Source of the DNA: Raja brachyura
Lineage: Eukaryota
Assembly (NCBI GenBank): GCA_963514005.1
Contig: OY740819.1
Coordinates: 20,832,001 to 20,896,000 of the forward strand
DNA length: 64,000 nt
Direction of reading: 5' to 3'
Part shown: in pieces, positions 10,118-64,000 of the stretch
Numbering within the stretch: position 1 is the first letter of the stretch
How the letters are laid out: every line of letters starts with the position of its first letter
Position numbers and translations under genes: made by a program
The notes under the pieces: generated by a model
Told to the model about the DNA's origin: nothing
Database searches by the model: none
What the model saw: the letters and a program-made list of their open reading frames with translations, nothing else

Positions 10118-12390
10118 TCATCTAATAGGGCTAAGGTAGCAGAGACCCTCTGAAAACACCCTTAAATCAAACGTAGAAAGGCAGCCCTCACTTATACTTC
10201 ACAATTATGGCAAGGTGGCTACAAAGGGGAAGAAAATGTTCACAACATTTCTAATATTCCAGAAAATCTCATTTGTCCATTGGAATGTTTTTTTTTAAAT
10301 CCAGAGAATGTTCAATTTATTTCCTCTTTTAAAAACCAAGCAGTAATTACAGTCCATGAGAATTTCAGATGAGATATATATATATATGTATGTCGTATAG
10401 CAAGTCCCATATTAAGGTAAATAGCAAAAGCCCTCCCACACACACCACCAAGAACTGCAGTTATACTCTCTCAAGGCCAGCCTATTTCTCACAGCAACAA
10501 CAATTCAACGTCTTAAGTCCGAGGAGCAAGGAGAATCAAAAATTAAAACAAAAGCCCCCATTTCCACCTCCCAACCCCCCACCCCCCCACCCCCAAGACT
10601 TCTTTCTGCAAAAAAACTCCGTACCCTCACAGAAAAAGCCCAGCTTTGTTTTTTTTTTATTTAAAAAGGCAGTCATTCAAATTATAGACCACTGCAGTAT
10701 GTACATGAACAGATTAAATATGAAGAGATAAATACTTTTCCTACCTCAAAAATAACCTATTTTACCCCTGGCATAACTATTTAAATGGGGGAATCCATCC
10801 TCTCCGTTTGAGGTGAAGCCACTCAGTCACCATAGCCAGTTACAGTTGTACCATTGATTCGAGCACTGGGCTCGCTTTACAACTGCATAACTGGAAGTGT
10901 CGAGATACATAGCTGACAGTCCCAGTTCATCACCGTGTCAGTTACAGCACTTAATCCTAGCTGCCAACTTCAAGCAGACTCGTGATGCGTTTCTGGGTAG
11001 GCATTTCTCAAGTTTCCATCCAAATTCATTCTTGGGCATGCAGTGTGCATCCCCATTTGTGTTCACCGAAGATTATACTTTCATGATTTAGGATTATAGA
11101 CTGTGCATTTCAGTAATTTTAGACCCAATATTCTACTTTGCTGTTCCATGATCAGTTTGCGTGAATGATTCAGACTTCCCAGTGGGGATCTGCAATAACA
11201 TGATGCCACGGCTGCACGGTGCCACTGGACAAAGGAGAGCATTGCAGTACCTGCCATGATTTCTTGCCTTACTCCTTCAGTCCTGACACAGTAAACGTGG
11301 TAGCAAAACACTCCAGATTCAAACCCAGTCCCCGTAAGAATTCAACACTGCCTCAACTGCACAACAGTAACTAAAGCCAACGCTATTTTAACAAGCTATT
11401 CATAATAAATAACTGCAACAGCGAAAAAGCAAATCACCCTTGGGGCTCTGCTAAACCCATGACCACCATGGTTTATTTAAGAAGCCTTCAGAAAGTCAAA
11501 CATGTTACTGTCTTAATAACCACTGGTAGCAATTTATTTATTCCCCCTGCATTTTAGTAAAGGGCTGCCTATTCAGCATGTCGCCTGACCTGTCCAAACA
11601 ATCCCAAAGTCTATACACAGATTCTGTTCAGCAAGGGCAGTATGGGCTACTCTGGAACAGTGAATTAAAGAGAAAAAAAACTTGCAAAAAAAAATCTAAA
11701 TCAGCCATGATTTCCGGTTAAAAACAATTGCCAGGTAACCGCATCCTCCTTCAAAGCATATACTGCACTGTAGAACTAAATACCTTATCCATTAAAAAAA
11801 ACATTTGTGGCCCACCTGGTGAAAATTATTCTACAAATTGGCTGCAGAAAGAAAATTAATTGAAGCAGCACATCATTATACCTTGGTTCAGAGTTTGTGG
11901 GGGTGGGGTGGGGGGAAAGAGGTGAAAATAGGATATTTATAATACAAAAATATTTAGTTTTACAGTATCGAGTACATTTGGAAAAATACAAAGGAGCCAG
12001 TTTCCTATGGAATTTCTAGAATTTAACATCAAAACCTCCAAATTCCTGTGAGACTGATTCATATAGGTCCGTTGGCACTTATGAATAACAGTTGGTGCTC
12101 CAAATAGTGTGTCTGTGCAGAATGTACAGAAAAATGTTTACAGTTTTGCACCCCAATATAGAAACGCAAAATGGAAATTTGCATAGATTTAAGACTAATG
12201 AAGTCATAATATAAGACACATAATGGAATGTACAGCAAAAGGTTCCTTGGTAATTGTGTATGCCAACTGCAAAACGCTGCGGATAGCACTGGCATGTGCA
12301 GGTGGTGGTGGAGAGAATGCGCGTGCATGCTCCGGGGGGGGAGTAAGGAAAGAGTGGGCTGGCTATGGAAAAGAAAATTTGCTGCTGGGA
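10065..12390 (-). other. actn4: Probable actn4 3' UTR (~2.3 kb; end approximate)
   Basis: AT-rich stretch after the stop codon with no recognisable transposon, ending near an AATAAA and a GU-rich element. Confidence 0.6.
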
Positions 12391-58624
<46,234 letters not shown>

Positions 58625-61600
58625 TTATTTCCTGGAAATCATCACTTTCAGGCCTTGCGTTAAGCTCTTAGATACACAATAATTTCATATTATTAATTAC
58701 TTAAATGTGAGCAAGGCTTGTATCTTATCTTTTTGCTCCACGTGTGGGAATTCCGTTCACGCCATTCAATACAATTACAGTTGATGCGATTCAAACTAAT
58801 GGTTGTCTTGATGCCCATTTCATAATAACAGGTTGCTTCCCTGCAGGACATTTACAAATATGCTTCTTGCAACAATTCATTGGTGTTCATTCTGATTTTT
58901 CCAGATGAATTTAAATTTTACAACCGGATACTAGGAAGTGCAGTATTCTATATCAACCACCTCCAGATGGAAACAGTTATAGTTTGCAAGTTCTGCTATA
59001 CCAAGCATTTCCATAACAAATTGGACACAACGAGTGATGGATTAGGAAACAGTGAGCATAACGCAGGCCCAAATTGGTTAGAACAACAATTTTGATTGGG
59101 TACTAGAGAACCACTTGAACATTATGCAGAATACAAACTGCTGGAGCAACTCAGCAGGTTGGGCAGCATTGCTAGAGGACATGGTTAAGCTATGTTTTGG
59201 TTTAGGACCAGTCTAAAGAAAGGTCTCAATTCAAAATGTCACTTACCAATGTCGTTCAGAGAATCTGCCTGGCCCACTGAGATATTCCAGCACTGTATTT
59301 GTTATTAACCAACATCTGCAATTCCTTGAATCAGAAAAACCCGTTTCCGTGTAACCTCTCTGCAGTAATCATATAACCACTGTCTCTTAAGAATACAGCT
59401 GCAATTTTAACTGCGTGTGGCCATTGAAATTGACAATCACTTCTATTGACACTTGTGCAACTGTATATATACTTTATTATATGTAACTGAATTTTGCTCC
59501 TGTTTGCTCAAGATTGCAATGTCCACAGTTACAACTCTCCTGCATACAGCCTTTAGTATTTGTAGATGACAGTAAATAAAATAAACGTATTGTTATAGAA
59601 CAGGCTTATTTTTGACAATCCTGCGTGAAATATAATCGCAAATCTGAAACTAACCTCTAGCCACCTCTTTCTTTCTCTCCCCCCCATTGACAATTTTCTT
59701 TGTAACTTGATTTTCTATAACATGGTTTCAGGAACGCAATTGACATAATAGCAGAACTGTCTATACTTTACAACTGTTGCACTGGAATATTGTGTACAGT
59801 TTGTCTCCTTACTCATAAAGGATATACATGCCAAAGGAAAAGGTCGAGCAAGTACTCAGATTGATTTCAATAATGTTACGTTTAATGCAAGAGGAAAGAT
59901 CAAGGAGATTACACTTGCATTCTCTAGAGCCAAGACCACAAGAAGCTTTCATTGAAGTTTACAAAGCTCTTAAAGCACTTGACAAGCAGAGAGGGAGTTT
60001 CCCCGGTCAAAATGTCTGAGGATAAAAGGGATGTCAGTTTCGTATAGAGAAGGTTTTATATGCAGAGGGTGGAAGATGTTTGCCCATTCATCTTCCCCGA
60101 GGGGTGTGGCTGGACCAATACATGCAGAGACTTAAAGAACATAATTTCACAGCAACACACCAAACCACTCAACTTCTATTGCAAATTCAATCTGGACATC
60201 TGCATTCCCTTCAATAAGAATCAAAGTAAAATCTCACTATTTCACATAATTCCCGTTGAAATCTTTTCTTTTGACATCCTTAATTTCAAGATGTGCTCTC
60301 TGTCCTCAAAACCCACACACTACTTCCTGGATTCAAATTCTCTAGACCACAGAAACATTTATAGCCAATTTGCATTCCACAAATTCAATCACACAATGCT
60401 GGAACTGGCTTTATATAATGTGTTAAAAAAAAATTGAGATCACAAGCCAATTCTGCAGCAAAACATGAGAAAACTTTGAGAATAATGGTCCACTCAGTTC
60501 AAGTCAATCCCGACACTGCTTTATTGATGTGAAGTTGCACATGAACATTGCAGACAATGCAAATGTATTCTCAAATGCACTTAAAAAATGTTTCACAAGT
60601 ACTTAAAGACAAGGAATTCAAACAAGCCAATGAAGGAGCATACTAGAAGTTGACAAGATGGATTAAAGATTTAAAATTTGGTAAAGGATTTGAAGGAAGC
60701 AAATGAGGATTTCCATAACTAATACAATCAATGGCTGCATTAAATTGTGGAGCACAAGAAAGCATTCATTGAAAACCAGAGTTGGAGAATCAAAGTAAAA
60801 AATGGGCGCTGAAAATTGCATGTGGGGCAAGGCCAAAGGGGAATCGAAAGAAATGGGCTGAGTAGGTCTGTTCTTTTAGGGAATGGCTAGACTGTGGAGT
60901 TGGAACTGCAACTGCACTTGAACCTAATGTTTAGGTGCTTGGAATGAATTAGTAATTAAGGAAAGAGGATTGACACCACAATACTAGGGAGGTAGCACCT
61001 CTAGAGGACATGGATAGGTGACGTTTAAGATCGAACCGCTTCTTCAGACCGATTGTAGTGAGGGGAAAATGCTGGAAGAGAGGTGGGTACAGGTCAAAGC
61101 CCAATCAGTGATAGGTGGATACAGACAAGGGTTGTTTTTTGGTAGACAGGTGTGTGGACAAAGGTTAGGGATAAAAGGAGACAAACAAATGTAAAATAAG
61201 GCAAGAAGAGAAGCGAAATGTAAAGCCACAGTAATGGATATCGTTGAATGACATGGAATGAAACAGATGCCTAACTTGCGCTTGGTCTTGCTGATGGACA
61301 GAATATCACATCAAGAGCTGCAAAAGCAGTGGCCAGTCCGTCATGGGCATTGACCTCCCCACCATTGAAGGAATCTACAGGAGTCACTGCCTCACAAAGG
61401 CAACTAGCAGCAGAGCTAAACCATCTCTCATTTCATTCCTGCCATTGGGAGGGTGGTATAGCAGCCCGAAGGCTAATGTACAGATTCAAGAGCAGTTTCT
61501 TCCCAACAAGCATCAGGGTCTTAAACACTACAACCTTCAAATAAGCTCCGAACTACATGGAACTGTCCGATTCACCTTTATCTATTGAGGATATAGAACT

Positions 61601-61936
61601 TTACCCATGGAACTGATGTGCTACAATGCTGAGAACTACATTTTGCACCCAGTGTCTTTCCCTTTGCTCTATCTATTGTACTGGAGTTTGACTTGATTCT
61701 ATTTATCTATTTGGATAGGATGCAAAATAAAGCTTTCCACTTTCTGGGGAAGGGATGGTGGTTTGGTAGGAAGGAATGAGTGAAACAAGACGTTGAGGGA
61801 GAGCACTTCACATTTCACTCCCAACTTCTCCAGAACAGTTTCCACATTTTTTCATAAAACAGGAATCTTTCAGAAAATTGCCCAAGACGTGAGATAACAA
61901 AGCAGATTTTCCGCGGATTTATTTTAGGGGTAGAAT

Positions 61937-62243
61937 GGTGGCGCAGTGGTAGAGTTACTGCTTTGCAGCGCTTGCAGCGCCAGAGACCTGGGTTCAATCC
62001 CAACTACGGGTGCTGTCTCTACGTAGTTTGTACATTCTCCCCATGGGTTTTCACCGAGATCGGTTTCCTCCCACAGTCCAAAGACACACAGGCTTGTAGG
62101 TCAATTGGCTTGGTTTTTATACTTGGTATAAGTGTAAATTGTCCCCAATGTGTGCAGGTATGTGTTAATGTGTGGGGGTCGCTAATCGGTGCGGATCCGG
62201 TGGGCCTAAGGGCCTGTTTCCGAGCTCTATCTCCAAACTAAAC
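61937..62243 (+). mobile_element. HE1-like SINE
   Basis: tRNA-like head, conserved body, aaactaaa tail. Confidence 0.85.
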
Positions 62244-64000
62244 AAGCATACATCAGAAACCAATACTAGAAATGGCAATTTGGTTCTACACATGAAGATT
62301 AGTACATGGGATTTATCTGCAATAATGGAACAGGTCCATTCTGCTTGAACTTTGAGGTTGCTGAAAAATTTGCATTCTCCACACACCAGGTCTACTATAG
62401 GCTCTATTGACACCATCGTTTTAATACCAGACAAAATAAAAATAGTTATGATTACTTTTAATCAGTCGCAAGTATTCAGAAAGCACAATGCTACAAATCA
62501 CACTGCATAAATATTTCCACTTTGATGGCCATTTTACCCAAGTTACCACTTAATAATTATTATACTTATAGCAGTCAAAGGCACAGAAACTCCATTCAAA
62601 TACATAAAATAAATCCATTTAACTAGGGAGTCTGCAGATTTCACAATTTTTCATTTGGTCAATAACTTTCGCAAACAATATTAATCCAACAGTCTCAGTG
62701 CCACAGAGGTCGATTTAACTGGCTGGAATTACAAACTAAAATCAGAGATAATCACTTTCAGGTCAGTACTAATCACACAAAACACATAGCATTTGGCTGA
62801 TAAAAAGATGATAGCAAATGCATACAATACAATCACCAGGTCAGGACTATACACAATAACTTCTGCTAGTTTCCTACACAAATCAAGAAAGAGGCGACAT
62901 TGGTTATAACTAGAACCATGCCTTTGAACGGATTTTCATTAAGACCAGCTTTCATCTGAAACAGCAAGAAATGCTTAGCAATACACATGAAAATCATAAA
63001 CAAGCCATCCTCTCCCTGCTGTGACCTACCCATTTCTCGGTTACAATAATCAAAATTGCAAACCACTGTACAATTGAGGTAATGTTTGTATCAGCATGTC
63101 CATAATTTTCCTACTTATGTCATCCCCGAGCCAGAGCATTTCAGTTTTACCTGGCCGCCATTTTAAAACTGAACCAACTGTGTAAACCATCTGGAACAAT
63201 GCCAATTAAATTAAGTCTGAAAGGTCTCAACCTGTAAACATTACCCATTCCTTCTCGGGACAGAGATGCTGCCTGTCCCGCTGAATTACTCCAGCTGTGT
63301 GTCTATTTCCAATTAAATGAATATGGCCCAACCCAAAAGTTGTCACAAGTTGGTAATTAAAAGATTTTAATCTACTTACTAATAACTGCATTTTCTGACT
63401 GCAGTAACTTAATATAATGCAAACAAAGTAGTTGGAAAATATGCAAAAAAATAGCTTTAAATATTAGAAAGGTCCAATTTGCTTTTTAAAGTTCCCCAAG
63501 TTTGGTAGAGGACAAAGAAGTTGCAAGTTCAGAGATCAGTGTGAAAATTGGAGGAAGTGTGTTGAAGATTAGGGACTGGGAAGGGGTTGGAAAGAATCAA
63601 TCAGCAATACTAAGGAAATTGTATGCCTCACACTCTGGAACACAACTGGTGAAAGTGTGCGACAATACCCAATTAGACTTCAATCCTTTACTCAGTGCTC
63701 ATAAAGAACTCAAAGATATGGTGTAAATTTAAGTAACATTAAACCACTGACTTATGTCACTGCATCAGTAGCATTTTGCTTCAACCTGAAAAATGGCTCT
63801 CTGAACAGACTGGATTTGATCCAGAAACATTGCAGAATAGACAGCAGAAAACAATCAGCTGGCAGAGCTCAGCGGGTCAGGCAACACCTGTAGAGGGAAT
63901 TAGACAAACAACATTTCTGGTTTTGACCCTTCAAGAGTAGATTTCCCTCCACAGATGCTGCATGACACACTGAGTTCCTCGAGTAGCTTGTTTTATGCTC

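Noticed and set aside
10742-10749. let-7 seed match CTACCTCA in the 3' UTR
   Set aside because: It is on the plus strand, antisense to the actn4 mRNA.

Overview
Vertebrate genomic DNA, most likely from an elasmobranch (skate or ray), judged by HE1-type SINEs and the CR1, Rex1 and Penelope repeat families. A minus-strand non-muscle alpha-actinin gene, best matching ACTN4, dominates the window. I mapped coding exons 2-21 at GT/AG boundaries (58552 down to the stop at 12391; 857 codons plus stop with exons 8a and 19a). Exon 1 is not in the window and presumably lies beyond 64000. Both mutually exclusive exon pairs (8a/8b and 19a/19b) are present; the 19a/19b pair has readable splicing architecture: long AG-free zones, a candidate branch point 42 nt from the 19a donor, and four UGCAUG motifs. 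A ~2.3 kb 3' UTR follows. A CpG-rich putative promoter/first exon of another minus-strand gene lies near 3.1-3.5 kb. The most striking signal is a ~135-nt non-tRNA retroposon in three copies (1185-1323 +, 1629-1768 -, 32954-33086 +). It has target-site duplications, a (GAA)n tail and a structured 3' domain. Its first 54 nt fold as a complete minimal HDV/CPEB3-like self-cleaving ribozyme starting exactly at the predicted cleavage site. Separately, many Penelope-derived repeats carry minimal hammerhead ribozyme cores. All structures were read by eye; none were computed or searched.
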